A DNA stretch of 63,980 bases, the filler included, from an uncultured Myxococcia bacterium (GTDB lineage Bacteria > CAZTWC01): assembly GCA_964617105.1 (NCBI GenBank). It is 10 parts of 10 records of this genome, joined end to end, with 100 filler letters (N's around TTAATTAATTAA, not from the genome) between each part and the next. Parts side by side here need not be neighbours in the genome. Positions count along the whole stretch, not along the records: positions 1 to 6,630 come from CAZTWC010000217.1; positions 6,731 to 13,330 come from CAZTWC010000218.1; 8 more parts are not named here. One strand, given 5' to 3'. The position numbers and the translations under genes are program-made. Shown in pieces: positions 1 to 9,480 of the stretch (the stretch's first letter is position 1; the number at the start of each line of letters is the position of its first letter). The notes below the pieces were generated by a model that was given only the letters and a program-made list of their open reading frames with translations, was not told the origin of the DNA and ran no database searches.

Positions 1-235
1 ATTTTTTTGAAAATATCTGATGTCTGTGATTTTCTTCTAACGTTTTACGCTTAAGCAGGGTTGAAAGCCATTGGCCGATTTTGTAATAAAATATAAAACC
101 TAGAGCCAGTAAAACATGAAGTTGCCAATAAATAAACCTGGTTATTTCTATTCGAAGAGTTATTTCATGATATTTCTCTTCATTAATCATCAACTTTTTC
201 AGTTTGGATAATGTATCATTAAAATTATATTTCAT
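1..235 (-). CDS. Hypothetical protein, N-terminal part (runs off window)
   Basis: ATG at 235 abuts the stop of the upstream gene; frame open to position 1 (MKYNFNDTLSKLKK...). Confidence 0.55.
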   Translation of the reverse strand, partial: MKYNFNDTLSKLKKLMINEEKYHEITLRIEITRFIYWQLHVLLALGFIFYYKIGQWLSTLLKRKTLEENHRHQIFSKK

Positions 236-1348
236 TTACAGTGCTCCTGATTTAGTTAAAAAAGATTCTGACTTGATATTTTCGCTGGTAACTTCAAGGT
301 TAAAAGGCCGAAGCCAGGGGACAAACTTTTCCTTGTCTTCATAAAAATTGGAAGCGTCATTTAAGTTGTATTGAGGTTGGCTTATTTTATATCCCAGATA
401 CTCCATCTCTTTTTGGCACAGAAATTCAATAAGACCTATCTCTTCATCTGTTAAAACCTGCTGCCATTTATCAATAGATGCAGTTGAGAATCCTTTTTTT
501 TGGGCAAAACTGGTATTTTGACGCCAAGGCTTATTGAGTCCATCTATATATTTATGAGTCTGCAGCATACTTTCTGAAAAAGGTAAATCCAGAAAAGAAA
601 CAATTCGCTCAAAAGAGTGCTCCGGAGTGGTAACAATATCTTCATATTTTACTGCCAGATAATTGGAATCCCCCTGGCAAATTAAATGGTTATGCACTGC
701 AGAACGCCAATGTTCAATTAACATCAAAATTGGATATTTGCCCCCATATTTTTCCATAAGATTATGACAGGAATTACGGGAGGCAATAATAGCTCTGGGA
801 TCGCGGATAACCTGTATACAGCGAGATGAATCACTATTTTCTAGTAGTGGCAAAATATAATGATCACACCAGGCTTCGGTGATGCCCAAATATTGTGCCC
901 CCTCTTTGTGATAGGATTTTTTTAATAATTGAAACAGTGAAGACAACACAGGCAAAGCACTGGTTCCGGCATATTCCATCTCATTCAACCGGGGGATTAT
1001 TCCAGGCGCTCTTTCAGAGCCTTCCGATTCATTCTGCATTATGGTTTTGACGGTTAATTTTAGTAACTCTTGGGGTGAAAACTCAATATCAGCCAGAGAT
1101 TGGCACAGTAATTTAACTTTATCGGAATTGTAGGCACGCATGGGCCAGCCAAACTCAACCGGTTGTTTAAGCATATCCCGATGAAATAAATAATCGCAAA
1201 ATTTGAACCAGAAAAAAAATGGCTCCACCTGGACTAAGATGCTTGGATGCATGTTTAAAGCCCGGCCTAACAGAGTTTTACCCGAACGGATGTTGCCCAG
1301 GACAAATAGTTGTTTTTCCATATGGTTGTCACTGGTTAAAGGCTTCAT
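236..1348 (-). CDS. Sulfotransferase family protein
   Basis: 5'-PSB loop GNIRSGKTLL, 3'-PB motif IRDPRAIIAS, VKYEDIV. Confidence 0.85.
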   Translation of the reverse strand: MKPLTSDNHMEKQLFVLGNIRSGKTLLGRALNMHPSILVQVEPFFFWFKFCDYLFHRDMLKQPVEFGWPMRAYNSDKVKLLCQSLADIEFSPQELLKLTVKTIMQNESEGSERAPGIIPRLNEMEYAGTSALPVLSSLFQLLKKSYHKEGAQYLGITEAWCDHYILPLLENSDSSRCIQVIRDPRAIIASRNSCHNLMEKYGGKYPILMLIEHWRSAVHNHLICQGDSNYLAVKYEDIVTTPEHSFERIVSFLDLPFSESMLQTHKYIDGLNKPWRQNTSFAQKKGFSTASIDKWQQVLTDEEIGLIEFLCQKEMEYLGYKISQPQYNLNDASNFYEDKEKFVPWLRPFNLEVTSENIKSESFLTKSGAL

Positions 1349-2892
1349 TGCCCGATTATTCCTTCAATAAAATCTAAATATCGCTCCTGCTGTTTCTCCA
1401 GACTTAAGCGGGGCTGTACTTTTTTTATATTTTGTTTCAACTGATTATATTCCTGATAAGAGATCTGATCAATCTGGCTAAAACGATTTATTTTTTTTCC
1501 TATTTTATATTTATCCACAAATTCCCCAGCAAACTCCAAATCATTAAATAGAATGGGAAGACCAGCGGCCAGATAGGTGTAGAATTTTGAGGGAAAAGTG
1601 GTTTTGATCCGTATCTGGTTAGCCGCCTTTATCTCCGGAGTAAAGTTCATAAGCAGGATTCCGTAATCGAATTTGGCTATGGTTTCCACCAATTGATCCA
1701 GAGGCAGACGGGAGTTGATAAAGAGTTTTCCGGTTTTTTTTGCTAACTGGAAATATTCCGGGTAATACTCTTTGATTTGGGAGATAGAGTCTATGTTTAT
1801 ATAGATATGGATGTTAAAATCGTATTGAATTAACTCATTAAATAGATCGATGAGAATGTTATCTCCAAAGAGCAGGGATGAATTGCTCCCCCGGTTGATA
1901 TTTCCGGCGTAAACCAGGTTTTTTCTTTTATTTTCTGCTTCGGATAACTGAAATCGGTTAAAAGAGGCGGGCAGGTAATGACCGAAATGGAGCAGATTGG
2001 TGTTGGCAAAAAAGCGCTCCACCGGCTTACCTCCCTCTTTTACTACCACCCCATCCAGGTTTCTGGAGTTGTCTTCGCCCCAGAGAATATTTTTAACATC
2101 CTCATTGGTGTAATACAACTCGGTGGTGGTGATATAAGGGTCATCAAAAGTGAAGCAAAGAAAATCGTAATACTCACCTATTATCTTAATATCAGGATAG
2201 CGCCTCTTAAGAAAGGCGGCCAGAAAATTACCCCGGCTGTACTGGTCGTGCAGATAGATCAACTGAGGTTTTACCTGCTCTATCAATTTATACAGCAGCG
2301 CAAAGGACTGTTTTAGATCAACCTGCCGATTAAAAGACCCCGGTTCGTCAAAGATCCCCTCCCGGTTAAGATAACCCTTAATGGAATAATATTTTTCTTG
2401 TAACTTCTTAGTTAACTCTTGGTCGACAATCTCCCTCTCCAGAGAGACAAACAATATTTTAGGCAGATGGGTTTTTATCTCTATATCCAGAGGGGTATTA
2501 TTCAACGAGAATTCTAAAAAATCCTGATCTGAGTAGATGGCTATCACCGGAATCTGATTACCAGTTTCTTCCAGGGCCTGTTTCATGGTGTGTTCATATT
2601 CATTGTGAGATAGAACCACAAAATCTGCCAAACTGTTCTTGATCTGATGGGGCCTGAAAACCGGGTAACCGGCAAATTTACCCTCTACCCGCTGATCGAT
2701 TATCCCTATGATATCAGCGGAGTAACCTATCTGCTCAAATTTATTTAACAGCAGTTGAGTATGACTTCCCGCCCCATAAATTAACATGGTGTTCCGGCCT
2801 ACTTTTTGCTGCACGAATCTGGCCGCCAGGTCTATATCCCGGGGTGCCAGGCGGTATTGGTTGATATATTTTTCTATCTCGGTGAGTCCCAT
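1345..2892 (-). CDS. Glycosyltransferase (GT-B-like) with N-terminal Rossmann-like domain
   Basis: IYGAGSH at N-terminus; LVYAGNI and FPSKFYTYLAAGLPIL in C-terminal domain; glycan cluster context. Confidence 0.7.
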   Translation of the reverse strand: MGLTEIEKYINQYRLAPRDIDLAARFVQQKVGRNTMLIYGAGSHTQLLLNKFEQIGYSADIIGIIDQRVEGKFAGYPVFRPHQIKNSLADFVVLSHNEYEHTMKQALEETGNQIPVIAIYSDQDFLEFSLNNTPLDIEIKTHLPKILFVSLEREIVDQELTKKLQEKYYSIKGYLNREGIFDEPGSFNRQVDLKQSFALLYKLIEQVKPQLIYLHDQYSRGNFLAAFLKRRYPDIKIIGEYYDFLCFTFDDPYITTTELYYTNEDVKNILWGEDNSRNLDGVVVKEGGKPVERFFANTNLLHFGHYLPASFNRFQLSEAENKRKNLVYAGNINRGSNSSLLFGDNILIDLFNELIQYDFNIHIYINIDSISQIKEYYPEYFQLAKKTGKLFINSRLPLDQLVETIAKFDYGILLMNFTPEIKAANQIRIKTTFPSKFYTYLAAGLPILFNDLEFAGEFVDKYKIGKKINRFSQIDQISYQEYNQLKQNIKKVQPRLSLEKQQERYLDFIEGIIGQ

Positions 2893-2927
2893 TTCAAAAT
2901 CCCTTTTAGAACCTTTAATATATAAAT

Positions 2928-4241
2928 CTATAACAACTCTTCAAAACTTTTAATGATATACTGCAGCATCAATTGATCCAAACCGGGATAGACCCCAATC
3001 CAAAAGGTGTTTTGCAAAATATAATCGGTATTTTTAAGAGAACCAAAAATTCGGTGTTGAATATTTTCATAGGCTGGATGGCGTAAAATATTTCCGGTAA
3101 AAAGAGCTCTAGTGGCGATTTTTTTATCTTCCAGATGCATAACCACCCGGTTTTTATTTAAAGATTGGTTTTTGGGGTCTCTAATAGAAAGGATAAAACC
3201 AAACCAACTGGGGTCTGAATTTTCAGTAGCCTTAGGTAGGATAAAAATATCCTCATATTTTTTTAAGCCTTCATATAATAGTTTCCAGTTGTTTTTTCGG
3301 GCTTTCACAAAATCGGGTAATTTTTTTAACTGCTCTACACCAATGGCAGCCTGCATATCAGTCACTTTTAGATTATAACCGATATGGGAATAGATATATT
3401 TATGGTCGTACCCAAAGGGCAAAGAACCCAGTTGCCAGCCGAATCTTCTGGAGCAACTGTTGTCATGGCCGGGTTCGCAATAACAGTCTCTGCCCCAGTC
3501 ACGAAAGGATTCAAGCAGTTTTTTTAATAATTCATTATTGGTGGCAACTGCTCCGCCCTCGCCCATAGTCATATGGTGAGCAGGAAAAAAACTGTAAGTG
3601 CTGATATGGCCAAAACTGCCGGTTTTCCGGTTGTTGTAGGTGGAACCCAAGGCATCGCAGTTATCCTCGATTAGCCACAGATTATATTTTTCAACTAACT
3701 GAGTGACCTGGTCCAAATTAAAGGGGTTGCCCAAAGTATGGGCCAAAAAGATGGCCTTGGTTTTATGGCTGACAGCCTTTTCCAAATCATCAATTGATAT
3801 ATTATAGGTTTCCAGATCAACATCCACAAAAACCGGAACCAGTTGATTCTGAATAATAGGGTTGACTGTAGTGGGGAAAGCGCAGGCAACAGTGATAACT
3901 TCATCACCTGGTTTTAACTGTTTTTTTCCCAGTTTGGGAGAAGTTAAAGCGGATAAAGCCAGCAGGTTGGCGGAGGAACCAGAATTGGTTAACCGGCAGT
4001 ATTCAACTCCCAGGTAGCGGGCAAATTGCTGTTCAAACTGATTGGCGTAACGGCCAGCAGTCAGCCAGAAATCAAGAGAGGAATCTACCAAAGAGATAAT
4101 CTCTTTTTCATCAAAGACCCTGCCGGCATAACTTATGGGTGATTGTCCCGGAACAAATTCTGCTCTTTTGTGTTTAATCTGATACAGTTCTTTTATCTGC
4201 TCAAAGATCTGCTGCCGGATATTTTTTTCCCGTTGATCCAT
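2928..4241 (-). CDS. rfbH: CDP-4-keto-6-deoxyglucose 3-dehydrase (RfbH/DdhC)
   Basis: WLTAGR, NSGSSANLLA, EDNCDALGS, SFFPAHHMTMGEGG (His at the usual PLP Lys), DWGRDCYC, YDHKY. Confidence 0.93.
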   Translation of the reverse strand: MDQREKNIRQQIFEQIKELYQIKHKRAEFVPGQSPISYAGRVFDEKEIISLVDSSLDFWLTAGRYANQFEQQFARYLGVEYCRLTNSGSSANLLALSALTSPKLGKKQLKPGDEVITVACAFPTTVNPIIQNQLVPVFVDVDLETYNISIDDLEKAVSHKTKAIFLAHTLGNPFNLDQVTQLVEKYNLWLIEDNCDALGSTYNNRKTGSFGHISTYSFFPAHHMTMGEGGAVATNNELLKKLLESFRDWGRDCYCEPGHDNSCSRRFGWQLGSLPFGYDHKYIYSHIGYNLKVTDMQAAIGVEQLKKLPDFVKARKNNWKLLYEGLKKYEDIFILPKATENSDPSWFGFILSIRDPKNQSLNKNRVVMHLEDKKIATRALFTGNILRHPAYENIQHRIFGSLKNTDYILQNTFWIGVYPGLDQLMLQYIIKSFEELL

Positions 4242-5336
4242 CTATTTACCTGCTATATTAATATATTTTTCTATTTGAGATTTACAGAAATCATACATAT
4301 CAGTCTGATTTTTTGAATAAAATTTGTTATACCAATGGGTTGTAAATTCAAGGGCCTGTTCAATATCAAGTTGAGAACGCCAATTTAAGTAACATAAGGC
4401 TTTATCACTGTTCAGTTTTAAGCACTTCATTTCAGTTTTTGGTTCATGGGGATTGGAAATATCCTGCCACTCACCTTTACCCCACAAGTTGCACACTTTT
4501 GCTACAATTTCCTCCACTCTCTGGCAACTGTCATGGTCCGGTCCAAAATTCCAGGCGCCGGAAAATTTCTCCGAAGACTTCAATAGATTGGCCGCCAGCA
4601 ATATATAACCGTAAAGAGGTTCCAATACAAATTGCCAGGGCCTTATGGCATGAGGAGATCTAAGATAGATAGTTTGCTGCGAAGAAAGAGCCCTGATACA
4701 ATCGGGAACCAGTCTGTCTTGAGCCCAATCACCGCCGCCGATAACATTTCCGGCTCTTACTGAGGCGATTCCCAATTTGTTATTTTTATTTAAAAAAGAG
4801 TGAGCATAGGAGTTGAATACCATTTCTGCGCAGGCTTTGCTTCCGCTATAGGGGTCTTTGCCGCCTAAAGGATCATTTTCTCGGTAACCCCAGGTCCATT
4901 CCTGGTTTTGGTAACACTTGTCACTGGTAACATTGATCAAGGCTTCCACCGAGTTACTGGTCCTGACCAGGTCCAGTATATTAACCGTTCCCTGTACATT
5001 GATCTCAAAGGTTTCCCGGGGCTGATCATAGGAGGGACGGACCAGAGACTGGGCAGCCAGATGAAAAACAATTTGGGGAGAATACTTTTCAAATATTGTC
5101 TTCAAAGCGGAAAAGTCTCTAATATCTCCACGATGATCAATTATTCTGCCTCTTAATTTTGAGGCTTCAAAGTTGTTTGGATTTGAAGGAGGCTGTTCCA
5201 AAGAAAAACCTACTACCCGGGCTCCTAACTCCCGTAACCATATAGATAGCCAGGAACCTTTGAAGCCGGTATGACCAGTTATAAAGACAGTTTTGTTTTT
5301 AAAAAACTTGGTTAAATCCACAGTGTGTTTCTCCAC
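4242..5336 (-). CDS. rfbG: CDP-glucose 4,6-dehydratase
   Basis: TGHTGFKGSWL, HLAAQSLVR, TSDKCY, DPYSGSK, RAGNVIGGGDW, RPWQFVLEPL. Confidence 0.95.
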   Translation of the reverse strand: MEKHTVDLTKFFKNKTVFITGHTGFKGSWLSIWLRELGARVVGFSLEQPPSNPNNFEASKLRGRIIDHRGDIRDFSALKTIFEKYSPQIVFHLAAQSLVRPSYDQPRETFEINVQGTVNILDLVRTSNSVEALINVTSDKCYQNQEWTWGYRENDPLGGKDPYSGSKACAEMVFNSYAHSFLNKNNKLGIASVRAGNVIGGGDWAQDRLVPDCIRALSSQQTIYLRSPHAIRPWQFVLEPLYGYILLAANLLKSSEKFSGAWNFGPDHDSCQRVEEIVAKVCNLWGKGEWQDISNPHEPKTEMKCLKLNSDKALCYLNWRSQLDIEQALEFTTHWYNKFYSKNQTDMYDFCKSQIEKYINIAGK

Positions 5337-5387
5337 CTATTAATTTGGGCACTAATAAAACAGCATATCAAAAACCGGAATATAATT

Positions 5388-5870
5388 TTATCCATGCTGC
5401 AGCGACCAATCATAAGGAATATCTTGACTAAAGGGATCTTTTCTATGGATCTCCTGAGGATCATGAGGAATAGTCGCGCAATTGGCAACCATGGCAGGTT
5501 TATTGCCAATGGCTTTAAAACCATTCCAAATTCGGGGTGGAACTTTTACCAAAAGATAGTTGTCTTCACCCAAAAAAATCTCCATCAAATTACCTTTGGT
5601 GCCGGAACCATCGCGGTCGTCGTATAAAACCATTTTGACCATACCGTTTACCACAGCATAATTAAGAGTCATTTTATCGTGGATATGCCATCCCTTAATA
5701 ATTCCGGAATAGGCAGTGGAAAAATAGATCTCTCCAAATTTATCAAACCAGGGATCATCCTTTCGCAGCATATGAAGAATGGCGCCCCTCTCATCGGCAA
5801 TTCTCTTTAAAGGCCGTATCTCAACTCCAGTGATATTTTTACCTTTTACTCCCGGAATATTATTGTCCAT
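5388..5870 (-). CDS. dTDP-4-dehydrorhamnose 3,5-epimerase-like cupin
   Basis: DERG, KGWHIH, VLYDDR, WNGF motifs. Confidence 0.85.
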   Translation of the reverse strand: MDNNIPGVKGKNITGVEIRPLKRIADERGAILHMLRKDDPWFDKFGEIYFSTAYSGIIKGWHIHDKMTLNYAVVNGMVKMVLYDDRDGSGTKGNLMEIFLGEDNYLLVKVPPRIWNGFKAIGNKPAMVANCATIPHDPQEIHRKDPFSQDIPYDWSLQHG

Positions 5871-5873
5871 TAG

Positions 5874-6630
5874 TTATTTTTCCTTATTACTATAATATTG
5901 AACCGTCCGCCTAATCCCTTCATCAAAAGTGACCTGAGGACGCCATTTCAACAAATTCTGGTTTTTACTTATATCTGCATAGATAATTTCATAATCATTT
6001 TTAACTTTTTGGCCCCATACTTTATTTACCGGTTTTCCCAGGCAATTTTCAATTGATGATACCAAATCTCTTAAACTGTGCGGCTGGCCGCTTCCAAGAT
6101 TGAAGACATTATAATTGTCCTCAAAATTATCTATAAACTTTAAACAGTTAAAATAGGCTTGAGCCAGGTCAGATATATAAATAAAATCCAGTTTTTGATA
6201 TCCTTCAGACAAATTGATCTGTTTGCCGGCCAAAGCATTCTTTATGATCCAGGGGATCAGACGATACTCTTGATCTGCCGGGCCAAAGGGGGAAAATATC
6301 CTGAAAGTTGTTGCTTTAAAATTATTTTTTTGTACATAAGATTTAAGAATATTTTCAAAACTGGATTTGGTTAAAGCGTATAAATTAAAACAATCCTGCT
6401 GATAGTTATCTGGATCAATTGGGTCCTGCGAGTTGGAATACTCAAAAAAAGTGCCGGTATTGAGAAAAATTTTAACCCCATATTCAATAGCTGTTTCTAG
6501 AACTCTGGTGGGAAAAGCAATATTATCGGCACAGAGGGAATCAATTTCATCAATTTGGTGATATTTTTTATAGTTGGTGGCCAAATGAATCACGGCTTGA
6601 AACTGATGATTTCGAAAAATATTATCAAGA
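5874..6630 (-). CDS. NAD-dependent epimerase/reductase (possible CDP-3,6-dideoxyhexose synthase), 5' end cut by contig end
   Basis: IHLAT, NTGT, YALTK (YxxxK), DFIYISD; next to rfbG/rfbH. Confidence 0.75.
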
Positions 6631-6730
6631 NNNNNNNNNNNNNNNNNNNNNNNNNNNNNNNNNNNNNNNNNNNNTTAATTAATTAANNNNNNNNNNNNNN
6701 NNNNNNNNNNNNNNNNNNNNNNNNNNNNNN
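6631..6730. other. Artificial contig spacer; same spacer at 13331-13430, 19922-20021, 26496-26595, 33063-33162, 39630-39729, 46186-46285, 52723-52822, 59192-59291
   Basis: Nine 100-nt N runs with the six-frame-stop core TTAATTAATTAA; contig lengths non-increasing (6600, 6491, 6474, 6467, 6467, 6456, 6437, 6369). Confidence 0.98.
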
Positions 6731-7261
6731 TTTTCATTAATATTCTTTTTTTCCAGTTTATCAAAAGTCGACAAAGGTTTCAGGATCGGTTCAATGATAT
6801 TTCATTGGACTTTACTATTAATCATCATTGGACATGTGCGGGTGATTACTGGCTTCCCGTTGGTTCAACTTGGTATTGATGAAGCCTTTGGCCCATTCTC
6901 AAGCGCCATCGGTGGTCTGGCCGGTATGGTTATTTTAGGGGCTACTTTTTACCTTATCCACAGACGTATCACTGTAGGGCGGGTCCGGGAGGTCTCTTCC
7001 ACTGGTGATTATTTCGCCCTGGTCCTGATTTTAATGGTTATTTTAACCGGTGATGCCATGCGTTTTTTCGAGCATATTGACCTGAATGTTACCAGGGAAT
7101 ATTTCTGGGGATTATTTACCTTTAATCCAGTACCTATTCAAAATGGCGCCTTTATGCTGCACTTCTTATGCGGCCAGATTTTATTGATCTATATCCCTTT
7201 TAGTAAAATTCTTCATTTAGGCGGAATCTTTTTCAGCAAACCGCTTTTAAAGCGTCATTAA
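6731..7261 (+). CDS. NarI/DsrM/HmcE-like membrane cytochrome b, 5' truncated
   Basis: TM helices with heme-ligand His (IFHW..GHVR; LHF..PFSKILH); frame open back to contig start. Confidence 0.85.
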   Translation, partial: FSLIFFFSSLSKVDKGFRIGSMIFHWTLLLIIIGHVRVITGFPLVQLGIDEAFGPFSSAIGGLAGMVILGATFYLIHRRITVGRVREVSSTGDYFALVLILMVILTGDAMRFFEHIDLNVTREYFWGLFTFNPVPIQNGAFMLHFLCGQILLIYIPFSKILHLGGIFFSKPLLKRH

Positions 7262-7300
7262 GAAAGAAAAGAATTACGGGATTTCAATCCCGGGTTGACA
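7258..7300 (+). repeat. Dispersed ~44-bp palindromic repeat, copy A
   Basis: TTAAGAAAGAAAAGAATTACGGGATTTCAATCCCGGGTTGACA; the TTAA contains the upstream stop codon. Confidence 0.85.
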
Positions 7301-7387
7301 AGGCAGAAAATATAGATGGTAAATTGATACTGTCTAGAAAAAAAATCAAAAATAAAAGCGTTCATTGCAGATAAGGAGCATAGAAAA

Positions 7388-8689
7388 ATGTATGAAGAGA
7401 AAATCAATAAAGCAGTAAAGGCAATCGACCAGGGACCAACCTCATTGAAGGCCTATATGGATATTTGCGCTAAATGCGGCACCTGTGCTGAAGTTTGCCC
7501 GATCTATTACGGCGCCAGTCTAAATAATGGAAACGACACCAAAGCTTATAATCCAGCCGAACGTTCTGAAATGGTTAGACGTTTATATCGTTACTATTGC
7601 ACTAGCACCGGTAAATTATTAAAAGGATACGTTGAGGCCAATGAATGGAAAGATGAGGATGTGGAGAAGTGGGTAAAGATGTTTTATGAATGTACCGCCT
7701 GCCGTAGGTGTGCTACGTATTGCCCGATGGGAATAGACAATTCGGTAATCACACGCAAAGCCAGACAGATGATGGACCAGATTGGTAAAACCCCGGAAAG
7801 GATGGTTAAAGTTATCGAAGTGTCGTTGGAAACCGGCAATACCGATGGCTGTACTGTCGCGGGTTTCATCGATTCTATAAAGTTTTTAGAGGAAGAGATG
7901 AAAGATGAGACCGGTATCGATATCCCCATTCCCTGCGATAAAGAGAAGGCCGATGTTTTTTTCGTGCCTCCTTCGGGCGATGTATTGGTTAATCCGGAAG
8001 CAGTGATGGGAACCGCTAAAGTTTTTTATCTGATGGGTGTTGACTGGAGTATGAGTTCAAAGGGGTTTGATGGCGCCAATTACGGGCTATTTACTGGCGA
8101 TGATGCTTCAATGAAAAAAGACAACAAACTATATGTTGATATTGCTAAAGAGATGGGAGTGAAAACCCTAATGATGGGCGAATGCGGGCACGCCCACCGA
8201 ATTATGAAATTTATGATGGAAAAAGGAAAATGGTGGGGGGAATTGCCTTTTGAAGTTAACAACATCATGCAATATACTGCGGGATTGGTTAAACAGGGAA
8301 AATTGAAATTCGACAAGAGCAAAATAGACTATCCGGTGACCTATCATGACCCCTGTAATTTTGGCCGTAGTTGTGGAATAGTGGATGAGCCGAGAACGAT
8401 CATCAACGCCTGCGTGAATGATTTCAGAGAGATGGAACCTCATGGTTCAGAAAATTGGTGTTGCGGTGGCGGCGGCGGACTTTCCGCCATGGATACAATC
8501 AGAGATTTTAGGATGAAGATTTCCGGCCGGAAAAAGGTGGAGCAGATAAAAGCCACCAAAGCCAAATTTGTATCAACTGCCTGTTCAAATTGTAAAAGGC
8601 AACTAACCCAACTTATGGAGTATAATGGTCTTGATCTCGAGGTAGGCGGTGTCCACGATTTGATCAGCAGATCCATCATTATTGATTAG
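7388..8689 (+). CDS. DsrK/HdrD/HmcF-like Fe-S oxidoreductase with CCG domain
   Basis: CAKCGTCAEVCP, CTACRRCATYCP, ECGH, TYHDPCN, WCCGGGGG, CSNC. Confidence 0.88.
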   Translation: MYEEKINKAVKAIDQGPTSLKAYMDICAKCGTCAEVCPIYYGASLNNGNDTKAYNPAERSEMVRRLYRYYCTSTGKLLKGYVEANEWKDEDVEKWVKMFYECTACRRCATYCPMGIDNSVITRKARQMMDQIGKTPERMVKVIEVSLETGNTDGCTVAGFIDSIKFLEEEMKDETGIDIPIPCDKEKADVFFVPPSGDVLVNPEAVMGTAKVFYLMGVDWSMSSKGFDGANYGLFTGDDASMKKDNKLYVDIAKEMGVKTLMMGECGHAHRIMKFMMEKGKWWGELPFEVNNIMQYTAGLVKQGKLKFDKSKIDYPVTYHDPCNFGRSCGIVDEPRTIINACVNDFREMEPHGSENWCCGGGGGLSAMDTIRDFRMKISGRKKVEQIKATKAKFVSTACSNCKRQLTQLMEYNGLDLEVGGVHDLISRSIIID

Positions 8690-8698
8690 TAAGGTTGT

Positions 8699-9274
8699 TT
8701 GATATCCATGAAAGCAAAGATACTAACCACTGGAGAAGTGGGCAGGCTGCTCTCGGTCAAATCGGATACCGTGCTCAAATGGATAAAGAGCGGACGTCTG
8801 CAGGCGACTAAGACTCTGGGAGGACATTACCGGATAAAACTTGACAGTGTGAAGCAACTACTTGAAACCGGCAGTGGTAAAAATCATCAACAGTCACAAT
8901 CATCAGATGGTCAGGTGATTTATTGCTGGCAGTATTTGTCTAACATAGGACAAGTCAATAAACAATGTCAAGAGTGTCCGGTGCACAAATTAAAGGTTGA
9001 AAAATGTTTTAATCTGGCCAAGCTTGGGATTGAGTTCAAATCTGGCTGTACCTGTAAAAGAGAGTGCTACAAATGCCCCTATTACCAATTTGTTAACAGT
9101 AACAAGACTGAGGTGTTGCTGATTAGTGAAGACAATCAAATAGAAGAGAAAATTCTCAGACATATTAAAACCGATAAGGTGGAGATCAAACTGGCAAAAA
9201 CAGCGGAGGAAGGCCGGCGCCTGAGCAACATTTTCCGCCCGGCATTCGTGCTGGTAGAGAAGATAAACAGGTAA
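8699..9274 (+). CDS. Excisionase/MerR-type HTH regulator with Cys-rich domain and partial receiver-like tail
   Basis: LTTGEVGRLL..TVLKWIKSG..TLGGHYRI; YCWQY..CQECPV..CF..CTCKRECYKCPYY. Confidence 0.75.
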   Translation: MISMKAKILTTGEVGRLLSVKSDTVLKWIKSGRLQATKTLGGHYRIKLDSVKQLLETGSGKNHQQSQSSDGQVIYCWQYLSNIGQVNKQCQECPVHKLKVEKCFNLAKLGIEFKSGCTCKRECYKCPYYQFVNSNKTEVLLISEDNQIEEKILRHIKTDKVEIKLAKTAEEGRRLSNIFRPAFVLVEKINR

Positions 9275-9480
9275 GACTATTAACATGTAACATGCGGAGG
9301 AAAACTATGAAAATCAATTTGGTCCTGGAGACCATATTGGTTAAAAAGTGACCGTGATGTTCTGTTGATGTGTATGGTTTTTATGTATTTTTTATGGTTT
9401 TTATTGAATATGTTTCTTTTGTGTGTTATAAATTGGCAAATTGTCCATGATGAAATATTTGATTCGGAGATAAAAACGTT

